Source: Dehalococcoidia bacterium (GTDB taxonomy: Bacteria > Chloroflexota > Dehalococcoidia > Bin125). Taken from it: a DNA stretch of 64,000 nucleotides. The position numbers and the translations under genes are program-made. The notes below the pieces were generated by a model, which was given only the letters and a program-made list of their open reading frames with translations, was not told the origin of the DNA and did not search any database. The stretch spans positions 1,469,827 to 1,533,826 of the forward strand of contig OZ244557.1 in NCBI GenBank assembly GCA_965217625.1, in the 5' to 3' direction. This document shows positions 9,717-18,214 of the stretch, one piece after another; position 1 is the stretch's first letter, and every line of letters begins with the position of its first letter.

Positions 9717-11543
9717 TCACGGCTCCTGCGTGTAGCCGTCTTCCCCCTCGCGGATGACGATGGTGGCGTTCGCGGGGACGTCCTCCAGCACGGTGCGGGT
9801 TCCGCCGGCGGGCCAGATGACCGTGACCCGCGCGACCAGCGGCGGATCCGCGGCCCCGGCGCCTATCCCGCTGCCTAGTCCGAAGTGCAGCGTCGACTCG
9901 CTTTGGCCGAGGAAGTGCGTCGCGACGCCGGCCTCCCGCAGCTGCACGCCGGCGCCGGCCTCCACCTCCACCTCGACGCGCGCGCCGATCGCGTCCCGGT
10001 TCGAGGCCGAGCCGATCAGGCGCAGGCGCAGCCAGGCGAGCTGATTCCCCCCATCGTTGCGGTACAGCGTGGGTTGGCCGGCGTTGTTGACGACGAACAC
10101 GTCGAGGTCCCCGTCGCGGTCGTAGTCGAAGGTCAGCAAGCCCTTGCCCGCGGCCGTGGAGACGATGCCGGCGTCGGCGGACCGCTCGGCCATGCGTCCC
10201 GTGCCGTCGTTCTCCCAGAGGCGCATGGGGTCGTCGTTGAAGACCACCTCGTGCTCCGTGAGCACGAAGCCGTTGGTCATGATCAGGTCCGGGTCGCCGT
10301 CGTTGTCGGCGTCGAAGAAGGCGGCCCCCCAGCCCCAGTAGCCGTCGCGCACGTCGGCGGCGTCCGTCTGGTCGGAGAAGCGCCGGCCGCCCTCGTAGGC
10401 GAAGAGGCGGTTGCCGGAGGGGCGCCAGTCGCACATCCCGGTGAGATACGACTCGCCCCCCAGGCAAGGGAACGAGCTCGCGATGGCGGTCACGAACCAG
10501 TCCAGATCGCCGTCCCCATCGACGTCGCCGAAGGTCGAGCCCATGCCGTTCTCGTCCGTGCCGACGCCCGCCGCGACGGTGCCGTCGCTGAACGTGCCGT
10601 CGCCGTTGTTCCAGAACAGGCGCGAGCGGCCGTAGTCGCCCGCGACGGCCAGGTCCGGCCAGCCGTCGGCGTCCAGATCGACGAAGGCGGTGCCGAAAGA
10701 GAAGGCGCCGTCGAAGCCCGAGTCCGTCAGCGATTCGGCATCGGCCATGGAGACCCCGGCGGCGGCGGTCACGTCCTCGAAGAAGCCGGGCTGCTCCGCG
10801 CCCAAGTTGCGCAGCAGGCGCGCGTGCGCGGGCGCGGGCGCGGGCGCGTCGCGCTCGATGTACTGGGCCAGGCGCCACTCCGTGGTATGGATGTCCAGCC
10901 AGCCGTCGCGATCGAAGTCCCCCATGGCGACGCTCATGCCGGCGCGGGGCGCGTCGTCCGCGACGGCGGCGCCCCGCGCCACGGCCTCCTCCCGGAACGC
11001 ACCGTCGCCGTCGTTGATGTAGAGGAGGAAGCGCGGCGCCGCGATCGTGGTGACGAACAGATCCTGGTCGCCGTCGTTGTCGATGTCGCCCCACCATGCC
11101 CCGTTGGTCGGATAGGAGATCGTCGCCAGCCCGGCGGCCTCCGTCACGTCGGCGAAGGTCCCGTCGCCCTGGTTGCGGAAGAGGAGGCCGGGGCCGTCCA
11201 GCCGGGTGACATAGAGGTCGATCCAGCCGTCGCCGTCGTAGTCGGCGGCGGCGGCGCCGCCGGTGGCTCGCTCGACCAGGCAGCCGGTCGCGCCGGGCGG
11301 GTAGCCGGCGAAGATGCAGTCGGGCGTGGCCCGGAACTCGTGCTGGACATAGGAGAGGCCGGACTCCGCCGTGACGTCGGTGAACAGCAAGCGGGGTGGC
11401 GGCGGCTCGTCCGCCCCGCCGCAGGCCGTGGTCAGCAGCGCGGCGGCGACGCCGCCCAGCGCCCACGCCCCACAGCCGCGAACGATTGACCGCGCCCGCC
11501 AGACAAGCGCGGCACGGCGGACGGAGGGGTGGGGGAGCGGCAT
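9717..11543 (-). CDS. CRTAC1-family protein (FG-GAP/VCBS beta-propeller repeats plus a C-terminal ASPIC/UnbV domain), lipoprotein
   Basis: Multiple DxDxDGxxD repeats (DYDGDGWIDLYVT, GDIDNDGDQDLFVT, FDADNDGDPDLIMTNG). C-terminal RLRLIGSASNRDAIGARVEVEV. LLTTACGG lipobox after a signal sequence. Start uncertain (11543 or 11720). Confidence 0.75.
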   Translation of the reverse strand: MPLPHPSVRRAALVWRARSIVRGCGAWALGGVAAALLTTACGGADEPPPPRLLFTDVTAESGLSYVQHEFRATPDCIFAGYPPGATGCLVERATGGAAAADYDGDGWIDLYVTRLDGPGLLFRNQGDGTFADVTEAAGLATISYPTNGAWWGDIDNDGDQDLFVTTIAAPRFLLYINDGDGAFREEAVARGAAVADDAPRAGMSVAMGDFDRDGWLDIHTTEWRLAQYIERDAPAPAPAHARLLRNLGAEQPGFFEDVTAAAGVSMADAESLTDSGFDGAFSFGTAFVDLDADGWPDLAVAGDYGRSRLFWNNGDGTFSDGTVAAGVGTDENGMGSTFGDVDGDGDLDWFVTAIASSFPCLGGESYLTGMCDWRPSGNRLFAYEGGRRFSDQTDAADVRDGYWGWGAAFFDADNDGDPDLIMTNGFVLTEHEVVFNDDPMRLWENDGTGRMAERSADAGIVSTAAGKGLLTFDYDRDGDLDVFVVNNAGQPTLYRNDGGNQLAWLRLRLIGSASNRDAIGARVEVEVEAGAGVQLREAGVATHFLGQSESTLHFGLGSGIGAGAADPPLVARVTVIWPAGGTRTVLEDVPANATIVIREGEDGYTQEP

Positions 11544-11727
11544 TGGGGGGGCCCTCAGGGTCGCCAGGAGGGGCCGGCCGTGGGCCCGAGCTGCGTCCGG
11601 AGAACCGGCTGGGCCAGCTCGCAGCGCCGGTGGATCTCGTCGACCTCGGGTTGCCGGATCATCGAGTTGCCTTTCAGCGCGCCGGGAGTGGGCGGTGCGC
11701 GTCAGGGCAGGAGCATACAAGCGGGGC

Positions 11728-12657
11728 TCAGCGGATATTCCGCAGGCGCGGATCGAAGGCGTCCCGCATGCCGTCGCCGACGAAGTTGAACGACATCACG
11801 AGCAGGATGATGGCGATCGCAGGCGCGACGAGCGGCCAAGTGCCCCGCGTCAGCATGGTCTGGTAGCCCTGCGACACCATCCCGCCCCAGGCGGGCGTGG
11901 GCGGCTGCACCCCGGCGCCGATGAAGCTGAGCCCGGCCTCGATGAGGATGATGCCCGCCGCCGAGAGCGAGGCCAGCACCATGACCGGCGCGACGACGTT
12001 GGGCAGCATGTGCCGCCCCATGATGCGTGCCGGGGGCGCGCCGATCGCCCGCGCGGCATCGACATAGACCTCCTGTTTGATCGAGAGCACGATGCCGCGC
12101 GTGAGCCTCGCGTAGCCCGGTGACCAGACCACGCCAACGATGATCATCGTGTTCGTCAAGCTGGGCCCCGTGGCGCCGACAACGGCGAGGATGAGGATCA
12201 ACCCCGGCATCGCCATGACCGCGTCGACGAAGCGCATGATCACCAACTCGTCCAGCTTGCCGCCCACATACCCGGCCAGGAGTCCCAGCGGCACCCCGGA
12301 CCCCACCGCGATGCCGATCGCGACGATCACGATCTGCCAGGCGATCCGCGTGCCGAAGATCGTGCGGCTCAAGACGTCGCGGCCGAGCCGGTCGGTGCCG
12401 GCGATGTGATCCCAACTGGGGCTGTTGAAGACCGCCTCGCGCGTCTGTTCCGTCTGCAGCGGATCCGCCGGGGCGATCAGCGGGGCGAAGGCCGCCACGA
12501 TTCCGAAGCCGATCAACAGCACGCCCCCCGCGACCGCCGGCCGGTTGCGGAGATAGACGCGCAAGATCGCCCGAAGCTCCCGGACCCAAGCCCGCTCCCG
12601 CAGGCCGGACGTGGAGAACAGCGGCAGCGCTGTCGGGGGCGCCGTGCCGTCGCTCAT
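11728..12657 (-). CDS. ABC transporter permease, DppC/OppC-like
   Basis: Permease with GTDRLGRDVLSRTIFGTRIA and an EAA region. ATGA overlap with the DppB3 stop. Confidence 0.85.
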   Translation of the reverse strand: MSDGTAPPTALPLFSTSGLRERAWVRELRAILRVYLRNRPAVAGGVLLIGFGIVAAFAPLIAPADPLQTEQTREAVFNSPSWDHIAGTDRLGRDVLSRTIFGTRIAWQIVIVAIGIAVGSGVPLGLLAGYVGGKLDELVIMRFVDAVMAMPGLILILAVVGATGPSLTNTMIIVGVVWSPGYARLTRGIVLSIKQEVYVDAARAIGAPPARIMGRHMLPNVVAPVMVLASLSAAGIILIEAGLSFIGAGVQPPTPAWGGMVSQGYQTMLTRGTWPLVAPAIAIILLVMSFNFVGDGMRDAFDPRLRNIR

Positions 12658-13613
12658 AACGCCTCCCGGCCGGCGCGGATGCGCGGATCAAGCAGCGGAT
12701 ACGAGAGATCGACGATCAGATTCACGGCCACCACGCAGACGGCGAAGAACATCACCACGTTCTGGATGATCGCGAAGTCTTGATTGACCACCACGCTCTC
12801 CACGAACCAGCGGCCCATGCCCGGGATGGCGAAGACGTTCTCCGTGATCACCGCGCCGCTGAAGATCAGCCCGACCTGGAAGCCGAAGACAGTGATCACC
12901 GGGATCATCGCGTTGCGCAGCCCGTGCCGGATGATCACGGTCCGCCCTTGCAGCCCCTTGGCGCGGGCCGTGCGGATGTAGTCGTCGTTGAGCACGTTGA
13001 TCATCGCCGATCGTGTCTGCCGCATCAGCAGCGTCGTCGCGGCCAGGGAGATCGCGAGGACGGGCATCGCCATGCTCTTGAGGTTCTCGATGGGGTCTTC
13101 GCCGATCGAGACGTACCCGCCGACCGGGAGCAGATCCAACTCGAGCCCGAGCACCAGGATCAGCGCGATGCCGGTGAGGAACTCGGGGATCGAGTTCCCC
13201 ACGATCATGGTCGTGCTGGCCGCGACCTCGCGCTTGGAGCCGGGCTTCAGCGCCGCCAGCACGCCGATCGGAATGGCCACGACGAGGACCAGCAGGAGGC
13301 TCAGGACGCCCAACTCGATCGTCGCGGGCAGCCGCCGGGCGAACTGGTCCGTGATCGACTCCTGATTGATCAGGCTCAAACCCAGATCGCCCTGCAGCAG
13401 GTTGAACAGCCAGCGGAAGTAGCGCTGCATGAGCGGATCGTTGAGGTGCAGGCGATCGCGGATGGCGGCCAGCGACTCCGGGGTCGATTCGATGCCCCCG
13501 ATGCCGAAGGAGGGATCCCCCGGCAGCAGGTTCATCAACAGAAAGGAGACGAGGCTGACGATCCACAGGATCACGAGCGAGGAGAGGACGCGGGTGGCGA
13601 TGTAGCGGGACAT
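12654..13613 (-). CDS. ABC transporter permease, DppB/OppB-like
   Basis: 319 aa, RTARAKGLQGR motif, paralog of the two DppB-like genes above. Confidence 0.9.
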   Translation of the reverse strand: MSRYIATRVLSSLVILWIVSLVSFLLMNLLPGDPSFGIGGIESTPESLAAIRDRLHLNDPLMQRYFRWLFNLLQGDLGLSLINQESITDQFARRLPATIELGVLSLLLVLVVAIPIGVLAALKPGSKREVAASTTMIVGNSIPEFLTGIALILVLGLELDLLPVGGYVSIGEDPIENLKSMAMPVLAISLAATTLLMRQTRSAMINVLNDDYIRTARAKGLQGRTVIIRHGLRNAMIPVITVFGFQVGLIFSGAVITENVFAIPGMGRWFVESVVVNQDFAIIQNVVMFFAVCVVAVNLIVDLSYPLLDPRIRAGREAL

Positions 13614-13752
13614 CCGTCTTCGCTCGAATCACGCGGGCGCCGAACTGGCGGGCCCGCGACGCCCGATCCCAGGCCGCCGTTCGGCCGCAGCCGAGGACAA
13701 CCGCCGTGACCCCCGGCGGCGCACGCGCCGCCGGGGGTCCGGTTTCCCGGTC

Positions 13753-15999
13753 CTAGGTATTGATCCAGAGGCCCTTGTAGCCGTCGCCGTCGACATCGCC
13801 ATCGACAGGTCGCAGCCGGAACGCCCCGATGTTGCCCTGGGCGGCGAGGCCGGCCGGATACTGAACCCAGTTATACGTCCAGGAGTGGCCCTCGACATCG
13901 GCGCTGCCGTCGCCGTAGCTGGCGAAGAGCCGGTCGTACGGCGCCAGGCGATCCTCCTGCGCGGCGAAGCTCGCCGCCACGTTGAGAAGGTCCTCGGTCT
14001 CCGCGAGCCCCTGCAGCACCTCGTCGTTGGGGTAGTCCGCCAGGCTGGCGCGTCCCGTGCCGGGACCCTCCGCCGGCGAGCCGTACATCCAGCCCTTGAG
14101 GAGAAGTTCCATGGTGGGGCGCATCGTGACGTCCGGGTCGAAGGGCGACTCCCAACTGAGGCAAGCCGTGATGAAGTCGCCGGCCTGGAAGAAGCGGTCG
14201 AGCACGACCGACTCCGAGGCGTCGAAGTACTCGAGGTCCCAGCCGCGTTCCAGCAACTGATTGAAGACCGGCTGAGCCGAGCGGCGGTGGAAGTCCGTGC
14301 CGAAACCCAGGAAGACGCCACTGACCGGGTTGCCGTCGCCGAAGCCGGCGGCGTCCCGCAGCTGCTGGGCCGCTTGGAAGTCGGGCGGGTCGTAGTAGTT
14401 GGCCCCGGGCTGAATCGCCCAGCTCTCGGTGCTGGTGTTGCAGACCGACGCCTTGCCGCGTCCGTCGAAGGCCACGGCGTTGACCGCTTCCCGATCAACG
14501 CTGAGGTTGAGGGCCTTGCGCAGGCGGGGGTCGCGGAACATGTTGAATCCCTCAGCCGCCGGGTTCAGGTTGAACCACTCGCCCATCCAGGTTTGCCAAA
14601 TGCCCAGGCCCACCTGGAAGCCGTCGGCCTCCAGATCCGCCTGGAGGTCCGTCGTCATGCCGCCGGGGGGCTCGGCGTAACTGACCTCCCCATCCAAGAA
14701 CGCCGCCCACCTCCCTTGGGCGTCCGGACGGATGAGGATATCGAGTTCGTCCGCGTAGACGCGCTCATTGTCCCAGTAGCCGTCCCATTTCTCGCCCAGC
14801 CAGCGCTCACCATCCTGGTACTCGACGACCCGAGCGGGACCCGCGCCCACGGGATCGGTGATCGCCGTCTCGAAATGCGCCGGCGAGATCAGCATCCCGG
14901 CGCCCGGGTTGCCGTAGAAGCCCACGATGGTCGGCCCGAAGGGCTGCTCTTTCACCATGCGCCATGAGAGCTCATCGACGGCCTCGAACTGCGAGTTCGC
15001 GATCGCCGTCTGGGCGCGGCTGTTGCCCGCGGCGTCGGGGTCGGACTGCACGTACTCCATGTTGAGTTGCATGGCATTCGCGTCGACCGGCGCACCATCC
15101 TGGAACCGCGCGCGGCCCGCCGCGAAGTTGAAGATGTACGTCGTTTCGTTCGGAATCTCCCACGAATCGGCGAGCTCCGGCTGCACGCGGCCGTTGTCGT
15201 CGTAGCCCAAGACGGAGTCGTAGATGTACTTCAGGAAGCCGCCGTGGTCCGCGCCCGTCAGGGAGATGAAGGGGTTCCAGCCGCCGTCGATGCCGAAATC
15301 TCGCGTGCGGACGATCGTTCCGCCGTACACCGGCGCGCCGGCCGCGGCCGGCTCGTCCTCCTCGTCGGCCATGGTGGCGGCGGCGGCGGCCTCGCGGGCC
15401 GCGTCGGCAGCCTCTTCCGCCGCCGCGACGGCGGCGGCGGCGGTCTCGGCGGCCGCCGCGGACGCCTCTCCGGCGGCCGCCGCAGCGGCAGCCGCGGCAT
15501 CGGCCGCGGCCTGGGCGGCGGCAGCGGCAGCGGCGGTGTCCTCGGCGCCGGCTTCCCGCGCGGCGGCGGCGGCGGCTTCCGCTGCATCCGCAGCCGCCTG
15601 CGCGACGGCAGCGGCGCCCGCGTCGCCCGCGGCCCGGGCGGCCTCGGCCGCATCGGCGGCGGCATCGGCGGCGGCCTGGGCCGCAGCGGCGGCCTGTTCG
15701 GCGTCATCCGACTCCGCCGCTTCGGCCGCCAGGGCGGAGGCCGCCTCGGCGGCTTCGGCGGCGCGGCCCGCGGCATCGGCGGCGGCGCTCGCGGCCTCCG
15801 CCGCGGCAGCGGCGTCGCCCGCCGCCGCGTCGATCGCCGACGTATCGACGGCGGCCGGCGCGGCGTCATCGTCGTCGTCGCCGCAGCCGACGAGCGCGAG
15901 CCCGGCGGCCCCAACGCCGGCCTTGGCGCTGGCTCCCAACATCGTGCGGCGCGAGATCTTTCGCTGTCGCAGGGTGGTCCAATAGTTCGGTGTGCTCAT
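13753..15999 (-). CDS. ABC transporter substrate-binding lipoprotein with an extended (~200 aa) Ala/Glu/Asp-rich linker (SBP3)
   Basis: MSTPNYWTTLRQRKISRRTMLGASAKAGVGAAGLALVGCG plus a long A/E/D low-complexity region, then an SBP_bac_5-like domain. AAAGGA SD before the ATG at 15999. Confidence 0.8.
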   Translation of the reverse strand: MSTPNYWTTLRQRKISRRTMLGASAKAGVGAAGLALVGCGDDDDDAAPAAVDTSAIDAAAGDAAAAAEAASAAADAAGRAAEAAEAASALAAEAAESDDAEQAAAAAQAAADAAADAAEAARAAGDAGAAAVAQAAADAAEAAAAAAREAGAEDTAAAAAAAQAAADAAAAAAAAAGEASAAAAETAAAAVAAAEEAADAAREAAAAATMADEEDEPAAAGAPVYGGTIVRTRDFGIDGGWNPFISLTGADHGGFLKYIYDSVLGYDDNGRVQPELADSWEIPNETTYIFNFAAGRARFQDGAPVDANAMQLNMEYVQSDPDAAGNSRAQTAIANSQFEAVDELSWRMVKEQPFGPTIVGFYGNPGAGMLISPAHFETAITDPVGAGPARVVEYQDGERWLGEKWDGYWDNERVYADELDILIRPDAQGRWAAFLDGEVSYAEPPGGMTTDLQADLEADGFQVGLGIWQTWMGEWFNLNPAAEGFNMFRDPRLRKALNLSVDREAVNAVAFDGRGKASVCNTSTESWAIQPGANYYDPPDFQAAQQLRDAAGFGDGNPVSGVFLGFGTDFHRRSAQPVFNQLLERGWDLEYFDASESVVLDRFFQAGDFITACLSWESPFDPDVTMRPTMELLLKGWMYGSPAEGPGTGRASLADYPNDEVLQGLAETEDLLNVAASFAAQEDRLAPYDRLFASYGDGSADVEGHSWTYNWVQYPAGLAAQGNIGAFRLRPVDGDVDGDGYKGLWINT

Positions 16000-16066
16000 C
16001 ACGTGTCCTTTCGCAAACACATAGGGCCGTCGTCCCCACGGACGGCTCGACCATCAAGGCGCGGGG

Positions 16067-16095
16067 AGTCTAGCCCCGGGCATAGGGCCTGTCAA
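16067..16095 (-). promoter_or_regulatory. Candidate sigma70-type promoter for the SBP3 cassette
   Basis: Gene strand: TTGACA, 17 nt, TAGACT. Homologous in position and sequence to the SBP2 upstream module. Confidence 0.35.
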
Positions 16096-16180
16096 CGGAA
16101 TCCACCGCCCAGCGGAGCGGCGCGGGAGTGGTCGCGCGACCGTCTCGCCGGGCCTCAGGGCGACGGCGTGTAGCCGTCTT

Positions 16181-16211
16181 CCCCCTCTCCATCCTCCAGA
16201 TGGAGAGGGGG
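16181..16211. terminator. Perfect 13-bp inverted repeat hairpin (CCCCCTCTCCATC / 5-nt loop / GATGGAGAGGGGG)
   Basis: Seen directly in the sequence. It lies 58 nt downstream of the CT2 stop, inside a remnant of a CRTAC1 gene 3' end. No U-tract follows, so it is not a canonical intrinsic terminator. Confidence 0.4.
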
Positions 16212-16268
16212 TTAGGGGGTGAGGTCCGGCTCGCGACTGGGATCTCGCCAGCGGCGCAGGCGGTTCCC

Positions 16269-17828
16269 TCAGGGTCGCCAGGAGGGGCCGGCCGTGGGGC
16301 CGAGTTGCGTCTTGAGGACGGGCTGGGCGAGCTCGGCGAACTCGCAGAGCAGCGAGCGGGTGTCGCGGGGGTCGATGAGGTCGAGCCCGCTCGCCTCGGC
16401 CGTCTTGAAGGGCGACGAGTACTTGCGGAAGTCGTTCTCCAGCTCGAGCCGCTTGGCCTCGGGGTCGGGGGCCGACTCGATCACCCGGCGGAAGGCGGCC
16501 GAGGTGCCGCCCTCGATGTGCATCGAGCCCCAGTGCCCCGACGGCCAGGCGTAGCGCCGGAAGAGATGCGGGCCGGGGCGGTACTGCAAGCTGCCCGCCA
16601 GCCCGTACGACTGCCGGCAGATGAACGAGACCCAGGGCATGCGGCTGTGGATGATCTGGTACATGAAACGTGCGCCCGCGCGCTCGATGCCCTGCTTCTC
16701 GGACTCGGGGCCGACGAGGAAGCCGGGGTCGTCCATGAGCACGACCATGGGCAAGTGGAAGGTGTCGCAGAGCTGGACGAGGCGCGTGCACTTCTCGGCC
16801 GCCGCGACGTCCATCGAGCCGCCGCGCCGGTTGGGGTTGTTCATCATCACGCCCACTGGGTAGCCGTCGGCGCGGGCCAGGCCGATGATCCGGGAGGGGC
16901 CGTAGGCGGGGGCGATCTCGAAGAACGAGCCCTCGTCGAAGACGCCCTCGATGATGGGGCGCGGGTTGTAGGGCTTGCGGATGTCGCGCGGGATCAGCGA
17001 CAGCAGGCGCTCGTCGCGGCGGTTTGGGTCGTCGCCGGTTTCGACGCGGGGCGCCATCTCGTAGACGTTGTCGGGCAGGTAGCTGAGGAAGCGTTTGGCC
17101 TGCTCGATCGCGGCCGGCTCGTCGGGGGCGACGTTGTCGACCACGCCGCTGACGCGGGTGTGCACGCGCCAGCCGCCCAGGTCCTCCTTGTCGATGTCGA
17201 GGCCCAGGGCCGCCTTGACCACCGGCGGCCCGCCGGGGAACACCTGCCCCAGGCCCTTCGCCACGACGCTGAAATGGCTCAGCGGCGGGATGGGGGCCGC
17301 CCCGCCGGCGGCGGGGCCCAGCACGACCGTGACGACCGGCGCCACGTTGACGACCTTGCACATCCACTCGAACTGGGCGCCGTCGGGGATGTAGGTGCGG
17401 CCCAGCTCCGTGAACTCGTTCACGCTGCCCCCGGCGGCGTCCATGAGGTGCACCGTGGGCATGAGCATGGCCGACGCGTCGGGCTGGCCGTGGCCGATAT
17501 CGACCGCGCCGTCGCTGGTCCGGCCGGATGCGCCGCGGATGGTGAAGTCGGAGCCGCTGACGTAGACAGGTCGCCCGTTGACCTTGGCGACGCCGCGGAC
17601 GCGGGGGGCCGGGGTGAAGCCGGCGAGGGCGCCGTCGTCGTCGTAGGTGGCGTGACCCTGCAGCTTGCCCATCTCGCGCAAGGTGCCGGGGTCGACCAGC
17701 AGCGCCAGGCGCTCGCGGACGGTGAGCTTGCCGCGGGCGCGCTGCCGGGCGATGCCCACGGGCCCGCCCATGCCCTCGGCCAGCGTGTGGCGGCGCTGCA
17801 ACTCGTCGATCTCCGGCTGCCAGGTCAT
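16269..17828 (-). CDS. Acyl-CoA carboxylase carboxyltransferase (beta) subunit, PccB/AccD-like (CT2)
   Basis: Paralog of CT1. MTWQPEIDELQRRHTLAEGMGGPVGIARQRARGKLTVRERLALL... and PGFLVGPESEKQGIERAGARF. ATG at 17828. Confidence 0.85.
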   Translation of the reverse strand: MTWQPEIDELQRRHTLAEGMGGPVGIARQRARGKLTVRERLALLVDPGTLREMGKLQGHATYDDDGALAGFTPAPRVRGVAKVNGRPVYVSGSDFTIRGASGRTSDGAVDIGHGQPDASAMLMPTVHLMDAAGGSVNEFTELGRTYIPDGAQFEWMCKVVNVAPVVTVVLGPAAGGAAPIPPLSHFSVVAKGLGQVFPGGPPVVKAALGLDIDKEDLGGWRVHTRVSGVVDNVAPDEPAAIEQAKRFLSYLPDNVYEMAPRVETGDDPNRRDERLLSLIPRDIRKPYNPRPIIEGVFDEGSFFEIAPAYGPSRIIGLARADGYPVGVMMNNPNRRGGSMDVAAAEKCTRLVQLCDTFHLPMVVLMDDPGFLVGPESEKQGIERAGARFMYQIIHSRMPWVSFICRQSYGLAGSLQYRPGPHLFRRYAWPSGHWGSMHIEGGTSAAFRRVIESAPDPEAKRLELENDFRKYSSPFKTAEASGLDLIDPRDTRSLLCEFAELAQPVLKTQLGPTAGPSWRP

Positions 17829-18214
17829 GGGTGCTCCTCGTGCGATGCCGGGCGCAGCCCCGTCGGGGGGTGCGGGGGCTCGCGCACCCCACGAGCCTAA
17901 CGTGCCTAACGAGTTACGGTGCGCTGCGCCCGGCGCGCGGGCGGGGCCGCCACGTCGTCCTCGGCGGCGACGAGGCGCGTCCGGCCGGGGCATCGCTCAG
18001 CGGCGGCGGCGCCCGTCTGCTAAAGTGCTAGCGGAGCCGGGGCGTCACCCCCGACGATCCGGCAGGCCGGCGCCGACCACGACCGCGGCCTGCCCTCGCC
18101 ACCTGCGAACAGGCGGCCCCACCAGCGCCCCCGACCATACCGGCCGGGGGCGCTTCGCGTTCAGGCTCCGCAGCGGTGCCGACCCCTTGACGGCTGGAAG
18201 CTGCGCGGCGGCGG

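Noticed and set aside
16054-17892. 612-aa minus-strand ORF overlapping CT2
   Set aside because: It is an alternate frame of the carboxyltransferase gene. Its Arg/Pro-rich translation lacks any domain. Its C-terminal tail happens to read through the CRTAC1 3' remnant.
17829-18214. Possible small gene or ncRNA in the 390-bp gap between CT2 and amt
   Set aside because: No ORF with coding-like GC3, no SD site and no conserved structure were detectable. This is left as an unannotated intergenic region.
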